A stretch of DNA of 64,000 nt from Terriglobia bacterium (GTDB lineage: Bacteria > Acidobacteriota > Terriglobia > 20CM-2-55-15): the NCBI GenBank assembly GCA_965198225.1, contig CBDAOY010000008.1, positions 288,001 through 352,000 on the forward strand, written 5' to 3'. Positions 49,794 to 59,355 of the stretch are shown here, piece after piece (position 1 is the first letter of the stretch; the number at the start of each line of letters is the position of its first letter). The translations under genes and the position numbers were made by a program. The notes below the pieces were generated by a model. It saw only the letters and a list, made by a program, of their open reading frames with translations. It did no database searches and was not told where the DNA came from.

Positions 49794-50028
49794 GTGAGGG
49801 GGACTGGGGCCTGGCCCTGTCCCCGGGTGTTGGCTACAGAGACACGTCCGCGAAGGACACTGCCTGCGTTTCGGGGCAGGCGGTAGTGTGTGGGATTCGA
49901 GCCGACTGCCCTCCTTGACGAACCACCCGACCGGCAGCAGGGCTGCCGGCAGGCGCAGACGGGGAGGTTGGATTCCTGATCAACACCACCCCGGCGCTTC
50001 GCGCCACCCCTCCTCATCTGAGGAGGGG
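49794..50028. repeat. Composite of repeat B (49794-49836) and repeat E (49955-50028), inverted relative to 21625-21756
   Basis: Reverse-complement matches to both units. Confidence 0.85.
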
Positions 50029-50072
50029 TGTCTGGCGTGTTGCATACCCAGACTATTCGCCATTGGAGATTG

Positions 50073-50106
50073 AAAAAGGGCGTGGCCGCGGGGCCACGCC
50101 CTTTTT
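50073..50106. terminator. Bidirectional intrinsic terminator
   Basis: AAAAAGGGCGTGGCC-GCG-GGCCACGCCCTTTTT. Confidence 0.9.
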
Positions 50107-50126
50107 CGGAGTTGACGTTCGGGAAT

Positions 50127-52063
50127 CTAGCCGATCGTTTGTGCCAGTTGTTGGCCAGTTGTTGGAGGATCTGGTCGTTGATGACGATGTCGCCGTCGCG
50201 TTCCATGCGCTCCCGAACCTCCTTGTTGTATGCGTCGAACAACTGATTGCGTTTCGTGACGAGGAGCTCCGACTGCAGTTCGTCGAAACCGGCCCGCAGT
50301 TGTTCAGTGTCGACCTCTTCCTTTTCCGTGACGACGAAAGCGATCGTCTTACCGGCCACCGTCACCGGCTCGCCGGGGGTTTCAAGCTCCAGGCTGAACA
50401 ACTGATCGTCCAGTTCCGACGTCGAACCGAATTCCTGTATGAAACCATTGCGCGTCAGCATCTCGCTCGCCTGGATCTCCAGTCCGACGGCCCTGCCGGT
50501 CGCTTCGAGGCTGCGCCCGGCTTTCAGGAGTTGTTCGACTTCGATCGCCTTCTCGCCCGCCAGTTCGCGCGCGCTCTCAGCACGTAAATCCCCCTCGACT
50601 TGATCGGCGGCTTCCTCGAAAGTGGCAGCGTGGGCTTCCTGGATTTCGGTGACCATCGGAATGACGAAGCCGTCCTTGACGGGAACAGCGGTGCCGATCT
50701 CGTTTAAGGCCATCGAAAAAATGGGGCTTTCCAATTCAGACGTTTCTTCGAGACCAGGGAAGCCCTCGCCACGGCCGACGAGGCCCGTCTCACGCAACTC
50801 GCCACCGCTCGCTTGCGCGACGGCCTCGAAGTCCGGGTCTCCGAGGAGGTCTACCGCGACGGACTGGGCTGTCGCCGCTGCCAAATCCGCTGCCAGGCGA
50901 AACTTCACGATCGACTCGATCGCCGGCCGAACCTCTTCGAACGGGCGAATCCGCGCTTCTTCCTTTTCGTTCACCCGGATGATATGGATACCGAATTCCG
51001 TCTCGACCAGGTCGCTCGTTCCGCCCTCGCCAAGGTTGAACGCCACGCGCTCGAATTCGGGCACCATCTGTCCCGGACCGAAGAAACCGAGGTCTCCCCC
51101 GAGCGAAGCCGATGTGTCCTCGGAATACTCCCGTGCTAGTTCCGAGAAGTCTTCGTCGTCCTTCGCCCGTCGGAGAACGTCGGTTGCTCGCTCTCGGATT
51201 TGTTCGATCTCTGCCGGTGTCTTGTCCTGGGTTCTCCAGAGAATATGCTGTGCGCGGACGCGCGCTTGAAGCTGGTACTCCTGCTCGTGGTCCCGGAAGT
51301 AAGCAAGGAGCTCGTCCTCACTCACTTCCATCTCGGTCCGGATCTTGATCGTGTCGATAAACACGTAGCGTGCCTGTCTCTTCTCCGGGATGTTGTAACG
51401 CGCGAGGTTCTTCTCGAAGTACTCGCGCTGTTCGTCTGCGGCCAACTGGACATCGTCTTCAAATTTCGGGCCGTCGATAATGAAGTAATCGAGCTTTACC
51501 TTCTCGTTCCGGTCGCGATATTCGGTTTCGACATCCTCATCGGAGACAGTCGCTGCTGCGGTCAGGAAGCTGTGCAGTTTGCCCACGAGGATCTGGTTGC
51601 GGATGCTGGACTCGAACTCCGCGACCGTGAGGTTGTTTTGCGCCAGGATGCTCTCATATAGCGCCAGCCCGATGAACGCACCGCTCTCCTGAAAGACCGG
51701 GTTTTCGAGAATCGTCCGTTCGATCTCGGCTGCCGACACGTCCAGCCCAAGTCGTTTGGCTTCGGCGACCATCACATACTGGTCGACCAGAGCGTTGACG
51801 ATCTGCGTCTCAAAGCGGAATGCCCGCATCATCTCCGGCGTCATCTGAGACCGCATCTGGTCTACGTAGTTGCGGTAGGCCGTCTGGAACTCACGAGCCG
51901 TCACCGCCTCGCCGCCGACCGCGGCCACGTCGTTTGTCAGAGTTACACTGCCGAGGTCACTGACCGGGATGTAGAGAGTGACCAGCGTTACACTGAAAAT
52001 GAGAATTACGAGAATCCAGACCCACTTCAGGCGTGATCGCTGACGCCGAAAGAAATTCAGCAT
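50127..52063 (-). CDS. ppiD: PpiD/SurA-like periplasmic chaperone-PPIase (native stop bypassed by an 11-bp duplication)
   Basis: N-terminal TM, SurA-N, rotamase VRAQHIL..GGDLGFF..MVPEFE..ETEFGIHII; removing one CAACAACTGGC copy gives LQQLAQTIG-stop at 50127. Confidence 0.88.
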
Positions 52064-52203
52064 GAAACCTCCGTTTAATGAACTTTTATGCTACCTGAAA
52101 GAAGTGGTCAGTGGCCAGTGGTCTGTGCGGAAGTGATAAGTGACGAGCGGGAAGAAGAAGTGGTCGGTCGTGCGTGACGTCGACGCTAACCCTCTCCGCT
52201 TAC

Positions 52204-52251
52204 CTAGTGGCCTGTAACAGAGATAGTGATAGCATCTCCGATGGGCCTTGC
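52204..52251. mobile_element. Truncated MITE-1 end
   Basis: CTAGTGGCCTGTAAC.GAGATA....A.CATC.CCGATGGG.CTTGC matches the reverse complement of 29220-29267. Confidence 0.75.
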
Positions 52252-52316
52252 GGGTCCTCCCCGGTGTCTTCGCTAAGCTGAAAAATCTGTAAAGACGTCA
52301 CTGAACACTGACCACT

Positions 52317-52542
52317 GACGTCTTCCCAAGACTCACAAACTGCCGGCCCTGCCTACGCTCTCGACCCCGATCTGGGTCTTCAAACTGTGGTCCAACCCCG
52401 AATTCTTACCTCTGCCGACCTAAACGGGCTGGCAATTCGACGTCTTCCCAAGACTGCCTACGCTCTCGACCCCGATCTGGGTCTTCAAACTGTGGTCCAA
52501 CCCCGAATTCTTACCTCTGCCGACCTAAACGGGCTGGCAATT
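52317..52542. repeat. Tandem duplication (52317-52437 / 52439-52542); the second copy lacks 17 bp
   Basis: Direct comparison of the two copies. Confidence 0.93.
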
Positions 52543-52676
52543 ACTGGTTCATTTTCACTATGATAGGTTTACTTCTCGGTTTGGGCGGCCATCGTTGTGG
52601 CCGTGAAGTCCTTATTTTCAATTGTCTGACTTTCGTGACGCAATAGGTGCGCGTCTGAGGAGCCGAAGAGAAATCG

Positions 52677-53702
52677 ATGAATTTCCGTCCGTGGTTGAGC
52701 ATGTTCTCGAGCGATCTGGCGATCGATTTGGGCACCGCAAACACACTCGTTTACGCCAAAGGGCGGGGTATCGTCGTGAACGAGCCGTCGATTGTGGCCA
52801 TCAACAAGGTGACCAATCAGGTTGAAGCCGTGGGTAAAGAAGCCAAGGACATGTTGGGACGCACGCCGGGCAACATCATTGCGATTCGTCCCATGAAGGA
52901 CGGCGTCATCGCCGACTTTACGATCACCGAAAAGATGCTGACCTACTTCATCCAGAAGGCCCACGGGCGGAAAGTTCTGGTGCACCCGAGAATCGTCATC
53001 GGTGTGCCCGCCGGGATCACCCAGGTGGAGAAGCGCGCGGTCCAGGACTCCGCGTACCGCGCCAAGGCGAGCGAGGTCCATCTTGTGGAGCAGGCAATGG
53101 CGGCCGCAATCGGTTCAGGGTTGCCGGTGACCGAGCCTTCCGGAAACATGATCGTCGACATCGGTGGCGGCACGACCGAGATCGCGGTCATCTCTCTCTC
53201 CGGTATCGTGCACAGCCGATCCGACAAGGTTGCCGGTAACGAAATGGACGAGGCCATCACGCAGTACATCAAGCGTAAGTACAACCTCCTGATCGGGGAA
53301 AGGAGTGCGGAATCGGTGAAGATGGAGATCGGGTCCGCACATCCTTTGGACGAACACCGGAACATGGACATCAAGGGTCGCGACCTGATGGAGGGCGTGC
53401 CCAAGAGCATAACGGTGTCGGACGAGGAAATCCGCGAGGCGCTGGACGAGTGCATGAACGTCCTCGTGAATTCGATCCGGATCGTGCTCGAGCGCACCCC
53501 TCCGGAATTGTCTGCCGACATTGCCGACCGAGGGATCGTCCTGGCCGGTGGCGGAGGACTCATTCGTAACCTCGACCGAAGAATACGAGAGGAAACCGGA
53601 CTTCCCGTGACGCTGGCGGAGAACCCGCTGTCTTGCGTGGTCATGGGGACGTCGAAAATGCTCAGTGATTTTGTCTTGTTGCGCAAGATCGCGCTCAACT
53701 AA
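52677..53702 (+). CDS. mreB: Rod shape-determining protein MreB
   Basis: IDLGTANT, RPMKDGVIADF, DIGGGTTE, LAGGG. Confidence 0.98.
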   Translation: MNFRPWLSMFSSDLAIDLGTANTLVYAKGRGIVVNEPSIVAINKVTNQVEAVGKEAKDMLGRTPGNIIAIRPMKDGVIADFTITEKMLTYFIQKAHGRKVLVHPRIVIGVPAGITQVEKRAVQDSAYRAKASEVHLVEQAMAAAIGSGLPVTEPSGNMIVDIGGGTTEIAVISLSGIVHSRSDKVAGNEMDEAITQYIKRKYNLLIGERSAESVKMEIGSAHPLDEHRNMDIKGRDLMEGVPKSITVSDEEIREALDECMNVLVNSIRIVLERTPPELSADIADRGIVLAGGGGLIRNLDRRIREETGLPVTLAENPLSCVVMGTSKMLSDFVLLRKIALN

Positions 53703-53773
53703 GCACCGCGTTTGGAGACTGCGCCGCTAACGAGCGTAGTGTCGCCGTATCCGGGCGCCAATCAGGAGCCTTC

Positions 53774-54628
53774 ATGGCCGGCGAATCTAACAAGACGGTA
53801 TGGATCGTGCTGGCTACCGTCCTGCTTGCCCACGTCATGCTTGCTGCGCTGCCCCCCGGTGACCCTCCCCGGACCGGTCTGGTTCGAACCTTGATCCTTG
53901 ATGGCCTGACCCCAATCGAGAAGATGTTCGACTTCACGGTTAACGGAGTCGCCACTGTCTGGAACAACTATTTGGCACTGCTGGATACCCGCAGCGAGAA
54001 CCAGCGCTTGCAGCGGGAGAACGCTGATCTTCGTATGGAGATCGAGCGCAATCGGGAGGAGGTCCGCCAGGCCGAACGATTACAGCGTCTTCTGGACGCC
54101 CTCCCCTCCGATACCGGCCGCCGCGTCGTCGCACGAGTGATCGGGAGCGACCCAACGCCCGGCCGAAAGACTGTCACTATCGATAAAGGGAGACTTCACG
54201 GACTCTTCATCGACGCTCCGGTTATGACGCCGGACGGCATTGTGGGCAGGGTGATCCACACTGGACATTTCGCCGCGATCGTTCAGCTGATCTCCGATCC
54301 GGAGAGCGGCGTCGGTATCCTGGTCCGATCAAGCCGGGTGCAGGGAATCGTCCGGGGTGATGGTCGGGTGTTGGAACTGGACCTGATAGTCGACGACACG
54401 GAGCTTGGGGTCGGGGATGAGCTTCTGACTTCCGGCACTGATCGAATCTATCCCAAGGGGCTGAAGGTCGGCGTCATCGAGTCGATCGGACCTACTGAAG
54501 ACCTGATGAAAACCGCTCGAATTCGACCGGCCGCGGATCTGGCCAGGCTTGAGGAAGTACTGTGTCTTATCGATCGTCCTGACACGAGCGAACTGGTGGA
54601 TGACCCATTGAACCGCCCACCCGCGTAG
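53774..54628 (+). CDS. mreC: Rod shape-determining protein MreC
   Basis: Coiled coil, IDKG, GIVGRV, TSGTDRIYPKG. Confidence 0.95.
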   Translation: MAGESNKTVWIVLATVLLAHVMLAALPPGDPPRTGLVRTLILDGLTPIEKMFDFTVNGVATVWNNYLALLDTRSENQRLQRENADLRMEIERNREEVRQAERLQRLLDALPSDTGRRVVARVIGSDPTPGRKTVTIDKGRLHGLFIDAPVMTPDGIVGRVIHTGHFAAIVQLISDPESGVGILVRSSRVQGIVRGDGRVLELDLIVDDTELGVGDELLTSGTDRIYPKGLKVGVIESIGPTEDLMKTARIRPAADLARLEEVLCLIDRPDTSELVDDPLNRPPA

Positions 54629-54636
54629 CCATGCCG

Positions 54637-54818
54637 CTAGCCCGGATTATTCATGAATTGTCTGCTGCAGCGGCGGATACACTCGCAGATACGGCGTTGC
54701 GCTCGGTCGGCCTCCTCGACGTATTGTCATATACGCCTGCGGGGGCCTCGGTCGCGCGCCTTGTCTCTGCGGCGTCTCCACCGCTTCGCGACGACAACCA
54801 CGAATAATCCGGGCTTAG
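54637..54818. mobile_element. MITE-3, single-armed relative, between mreC and mreD
   Basis: TIRs AGCCCGGATTATTC.TG / CACGAATAATCCGGGCT; CTAG/CTTAG flanks; core GATACGGCGTTGC...GCGCCTTGTCTC. Confidence 0.8.
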
Positions 54819-54837
54819 GAGGAGGCAGCATCCGACT

Positions 54838-55353
54838 ATGGACGACCCTATGAAACGTCAGGGCGCCTTCGGCACCCTCGCAAAATTTGCGCTTATCCTG
54901 GTTGCCGTTGTCGTGGCACAGGGCATTCTTTCGCTCAAATTTGAAGTTTTCGCCTACTTTGATTTGCCCCTAATCTACACGATATATTATGGTTTCACCC
55001 TGGCAAGCCCAACCGGATCCATCGCCGTAGGTAGCGCCCTGGGTCTGATGCAGGACAGTTTGTCCGGCGCAATTCTGGGTCTGAACGGATTCAGCAAGAC
55101 GCTGATCGGCTTTCTGGCCGCTTCTGCGGGGTCGAGATTCGACGTCGATCAACCCATTGCCCGAGCGTTGGCTTTGGTGCTGTTCACCTTTGCCGATGGG
55201 ATCCTGAGGATTCTGCTGGGTGCCCTGGTGGACCCGGGCGCTGAGAGTTTTGTTCCTGGCCCCGGCGCATGGGTTCTGTCGGCCGCGTTCAATACTTTGT
55301 TCGGCATGATCTTGTTCGGATACAGGAGCCGATTCGCTGATGCGACAACGTGA
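54838..55353 (+). CDS. mreD: Rod shape-determining protein MreD
   Basis: Hydrophobic, GLMQDSLSG..LGLNGFSKT; operon position. Confidence 0.9.
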   Translation: MDDPMKRQGAFGTLAKFALILVAVVVAQGILSLKFEVFAYFDLPLIYTIYYGFTLASPTGSIAVGSALGLMQDSLSGAILGLNGFSKTLIGFLAASAGSRFDVDQPIARALALVLFTFADGILRILLGALVDPGAESFVPGPGAWVLSAAFNTLFGMILFGYRSRFADATT

Positions 55354-57181
55354 GGAACTCGAACTTCTCAAGCGACGGATAGCCGCGATATTTGCGTTGA
55401 TCCTTCTGGCTTTCGGAGTCCTCGTTTTTGGTTTCTGGAATCATCAGATTGCGCAGTCGCCCCGTTACCGTCAGCTCGCGGAGCGGAACAGGATTCGCGA
55501 CATCCCTCTGGCGGCGCCTCGCGGAAGCATCCTCGACCGCGAGTTCCGTGTCATAGCAGACAGTCGTTCTTCCTACAATCTCATGCTCACGCGGGAAAAC
55601 AGTCCTCGTCACCCGGAAGAGACCATCGCGATCCTGGCTTCCGGGATCGAAGCCTCGGAGCGGGAGCTGCTGCGGTGGTTCGAGCCGCATCGGGACGAAC
55701 CCGAGTATAAGGCGATCCCTCTGAAGGAAGACCTGTCGCTTGCCGACATCGCCTACGTCAAGGCTCACAGGTACGAACTTCCAGAGATCAGCCTCGAATT
55801 CGAACCGCGTAGACGCTACGAGCGCGGCGAACTGGCAGCCCTTCTGCTGGGCTATCTCGGTGAGATCAGTCAGGACGAGTTGGGCACGGATGAGTTCCCC
55901 GGGCGCCGGGCCGGTGACCTTGTAGGGAAGTCGGGTCTCGAGCGGCAATACGACGCGCTCTTGCAGGGCAAAGACGGCCTGCGCCGAGTCATCGTCAACA
56001 ACTACGGCAGGGAAATGGGCACGCTCGCGGAGGTCAAGCCTGTTCCCGGTCAGGACCTGGTGACGACGCTGGACCTGGACCTTCAGTTGGCAGCCGAGCA
56101 GGCAATGGCGGAACGAACCGGCGTCGCGGTCGCGATCGATCCGCTTACCGGAGAAGTACTGGCGCTGGTCAGCCGGCCGGCGTTCGACCCGACGGTGTTC
56201 GCCAGAGGAATCCGGCTGGACGAATGGGAGGCACTGGTTTCCGATCCGCGCAAGCCGCTCCGGAATCGGGCAATTCAGAATCGCTATTCACCAGGCTCGG
56301 TGTTCAAGATCTTCATGACGGCCGCCGGACTCGAGGAGCTAGCGATCGTTCCGGACGATGTCCTCTTCTGTCCAGGTGCCGCGGTTTTCTACGGTAACAG
56401 GTTCGACTGCTGGAAGGGCGGTGGGCACGGGCGCATCGCGCTGCACGACGCGCTGGTCCATTCCTGCAATGTGTTCTTCTACAACGTCGGGTACAGGCTG
56501 GGAATCGACGCGATCTCGTCGCACGCCATCACGATGGGCTTGGGGCGCAAGACCGGCATCGATCTGCCGAGCGAAGACGCCGGCATCATGCCGTCTGAGG
56601 AATGGCGGCAGCGCGTCTCGAATACCCAGTGGTACCCCGGCGAGACGATATCGGTCAGCATCGGTCAGGGGCCGGTGAATGTGACACCTCTACAGTTGAC
56701 CTGGGCTGTCGGCGGCCTCGTTACTGGCGGCCAGCTCCACCAGCCGCATCTGGTCGATCCGGGGTTCCTTCGCGGGCTCGGTGTCGAGGTCCCGGACCTG
56801 AGATACGAGCGATACCCGGTGCAGGAATCGACCGTACAGATCGTGCGTCAAGCCCTCTGGGGGGGCGTCAACGAACTCGGCACGGGAACAAGAGCGCGCG
56901 TGCGGGGCTTCGACGTCGCCGGCAAGACCGGAACCGCACAGGTTGTCCGTAAAGAAATCTATGACCGCGTCGGCGAAGAGTTTGAAGACCATGCCTGGTT
57001 CGTCGGCTTCGCACCGTTCGACGACCCGCAGATCGCAGTTGGCGTCTTCGTCGAAAACGGCGGTCACGGTGGGGCGGCTGCTGCCCCGGTGGCGCAGGCC
57101 GTCATGCAGGTCTATTTCGACAAGAAGGAAGACGGCGTTACCGACAACCGGGGCGGTGAGCTTGACCGGTTGGGCCAGTAG
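55340..57181 (+). CDS. mrdA: Penicillin-binding protein 2
   Basis: PRGSILDR, PGSVFK (SxxK), SCN, KTGTAQ. Confidence 0.96.
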   Translation: MRQREELELLKRRIAAIFALILLAFGVLVFGFWNHQIAQSPRYRQLAERNRIRDIPLAAPRGSILDREFRVIADSRSSYNLMLTRENSPRHPEETIAILASGIEASERELLRWFEPHRDEPEYKAIPLKEDLSLADIAYVKAHRYELPEISLEFEPRRRYERGELAALLLGYLGEISQDELGTDEFPGRRAGDLVGKSGLERQYDALLQGKDGLRRVIVNNYGREMGTLAEVKPVPGQDLVTTLDLDLQLAAEQAMAERTGVAVAIDPLTGEVLALVSRPAFDPTVFARGIRLDEWEALVSDPRKPLRNRAIQNRYSPGSVFKIFMTAAGLEELAIVPDDVLFCPGAAVFYGNRFDCWKGGGHGRIALHDALVHSCNVFFYNVGYRLGIDAISSHAITMGLGRKTGIDLPSEDAGIMPSEEWRQRVSNTQWYPGETISVSIGQGPVNVTPLQLTWAVGGLVTGGQLHQPHLVDPGFLRGLGVEVPDLRYERYPVQESTVQIVRQALWGGVNELGTGTRARVRGFDVAGKTGTAQVVRKEIYDRVGEEFEDHAWFVGFAPFDDPQIAVGVFVENGGHGGAAAAPVAQAVMQVYFDKKEDGVTDNRGGELDRLGQ

Positions 57182-57189
57182 TTCAGGAC

Positions 57190-57283
57190 GAGACGCGAAC
57201 AACACGAAGGATGGGGAAGATGCAACCACGGAGGCACGGAGGCGCAGAGCGGCAAATGGTCTCTTCACCGTGCCTCCGTGTTT
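57190..57283. repeat. 9-mer-type inverted repeat (CACGGAGGCACGG ... CCGTGCCTCCGTG)
   Basis: accacggaggcacggaggcgcagag ... ctcttcaccgtgcctccgtg. Confidence 0.7.
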
Positions 57284-57300
57284 AAAAGCTCTTCGTTACT

Positions 57301-58398
57301 ATGATCGAATTACTCCGCAGCCCGCGATTCTGGAGGGATTTTGACTGGGCCCTGTTCGTGGTCGCGCTGATGTTGTGTGCGATTGGTCTTGTCGAGATCT
57401 ACAGTTCGACGCTCAACATGGAATCGGACTTCTTTCTCCGCCAACTCGTCTGGGTAGGCGTGGGCATTCTCCTGCTGTTCGTCGTTGCCGCGATCGATTA
57501 CCACGCCTTCGCGGAGAATGCTCCGTTGCTTTACATGGGCGCAGTCCTGCTTCTGGCCTACGTCCTGTTCTTCGGCCACACGGTCTCCGGATCCAGATCC
57601 TGGTTCGGTGTGGGTTCGCTGGGCCTGCAGCCTTCCGAGATCACCAAGATGGTAGTCGTCATTGCCCTGGCACGCTATCTGGCAGGGCTCAAGCAGCGAT
57701 ACATGAGCTTCTCCCAGATCGTCACAGCCGTCGCAATCTGTGCCCTACCGGTATTGCTGGTCGCCCTGCAGCCCGACCTGGGAACAGCGATCACCTTTGT
57801 TCCAATCGTGGCGTTCGGGCTTTTCGTACGAGGGGTAAGACCGGCGGTTCTGGTGTCCGGGCTTCTCATCTTGATCCTCCTGCTCCCGTTGACGTGGCTC
57901 GTACTGAAGGACTATCAGAAGGATCGAATCATCACATTTCTTCAGCCCGAAACGGACCCGCTGGGTAGCGGGTATCAGGTCATCCAGTCGAAGATTGCGA
58001 TCGGGGCCGGCGGACTCTGGGGTAACGGACTGTTCCAGGGAAGCCAGAACCAGCTTGGATTCCTCCCAACCCGGCATACCGATTTCATTTTTTCCGTCGT
58101 GGCGGAAGAACTGGGCTTCGTCGGCGTTTCGCTCACGCTCGGCTTGCTTCTCGCTTTGCTCCTGCGCGCTCTGGCCGGTGCCCTCATGCCGCGAGACACG
58201 CTGGGACTGTTCATCGTGGTCGGAGTCGTCGGCATGTTTGTGTTCCACATCCTGGTAAATGTAGGGATGGTGATCGGTTTCATGCCGATCACTGGAATAC
58301 CGCTTCCGTTTGTCAGCTACGGCGGATCCTCGGTGCTGACGGCTTTCATCGGACTGGGGCTGGTGATCAGCGTAAGACGTTGTCGTTACGTGAATTGA
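57301..58398 (+). CDS. rodA: Rod shape-determining protein RodA
   Basis: GSRSW, QPSE, QPDLGT, HTDFIFSV, PITGIPLPFVSYGGSS. Confidence 0.97.
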   Translation: MIELLRSPRFWRDFDWALFVVALMLCAIGLVEIYSSTLNMESDFFLRQLVWVGVGILLLFVVAAIDYHAFAENAPLLYMGAVLLLAYVLFFGHTVSGSRSWFGVGSLGLQPSEITKMVVVIALARYLAGLKQRYMSFSQIVTAVAICALPVLLVALQPDLGTAITFVPIVAFGLFVRGVRPAVLVSGLLILILLLPLTWLVLKDYQKDRIITFLQPETDPLGSGYQVIQSKIAIGAGGLWGNGLFQGSQNQLGFLPTRHTDFIFSVVAEELGFVGVSLTLGLLLALLLRALAGALMPRDTLGLFIVVGVVGMFVFHILVNVGMVIGFMPITGIPLPFVSYGGSSVLTAFIGLGLVISVRRCRYVN

Positions 58399-58403
58399 AT
58401 TCG

Positions 58404-59355
58404 TGATATAGTTTTTCTGTCGCCCGCGAGGAGGGCAGGAGAGCAGAGCCCGTTTCGACCGCAAGGCCCACATTATTAATGGCTTACGTGGGTCGGACGA
58501 AAATTTTTCGCCTCGGGGTCGTTTAGTGCACTTGTAAGAGTTTTCTTGATCGCCCAGTGTGCGATCGGCCGGCTGGGTTCGCAGGGTCGGTTGCTTGTCT
58601 TGTTGACGGGGCTTCCGGTTGGGAGCCATCCCCGGACGGGCAACCCATGATCCTCGAGTCGACCACAGCGCCGGCGCGAGACTTAAGGTCTCATCCCAGG
58701 CTCCGCGGCTGCCGGAATTGCCCCAGCCGGAGCCCGTCGAAGAAAGCTTCGACGCCGTTCGGAGGGAACCCTTCGAACATACCGTGGTCTCGATCGCTGT
58801 TACCTACTTCTTGCGCAAGTGAAAGGCGCAGGATTCGAGGGGACGGAAGCCGAGTCGAAACCTGACGGTTCTAAGAATTTCAGCGCGAAGCCTTGCCATG
58901 TGAAGGCGGGCCTCGATCGCTCAGGATTAAAGATTTGCCCGTAACGCTGCGGCGTAAGAGTCGAGCTTCAACTCGCGGTTGAACCTGCGACGCCCGATAT
59001 CGGCGGTCTAAGAGATCGGTGCTGGACGGAATCCCGTGGGGTTCCTCGAGCCGATCGAGTCTGGACTGCGACATTAGAGGTCCTGCTGGTGACGTTTCAG
59101 AGGAAACGAACCGGTGGGGCTTTATTTGAGCAGTTCGTCAGACAAGCCGCTCGGGTCGTTCGCGACAATCCGAGACCGGCTCCTCCGGGCCAGGAGTTTC
59201 CATGACAGCATGTGGAGTTTGCGCTCGCGCAATCGCGTCGAGGAGTACACCTGTGCGCCGCCCCAGTCGGGCCTACCCTCTGTTCTAGACAGGATCAGAA
59301 GCGGCGACGCCGCCTGAAGGTCCGGTCTGGGTGGAACAGCGGCACAGGAGTCTCG
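58404..59355 (+). ncRNA. Candidate ~940-nt structured 5' leader or large ncRNA upstream of RNase E/G
   Basis: Extended -10 TGaTATAGT at 58404-58412; at least 15 hairpins and nested long-range helices; no credible ORF. Confidence 0.55.

Noticed and set aside
49547-50126. Novel C-terminal domain on PpiD (838-aa ORF)
   Set aside because: Read-through from an 11-bp duplication; it translates a terminator, repeats and the antisense of the neighbouring gene.
58400-59355. RNase P RNA, tmRNA, group I/II intron or rRNA fragment
   Set aside because: No GAGGAAAGTCC, no tRNA-like ends, no group II domain V or GUGCG/AY boundaries recognised; kept as an unknown structured leader.
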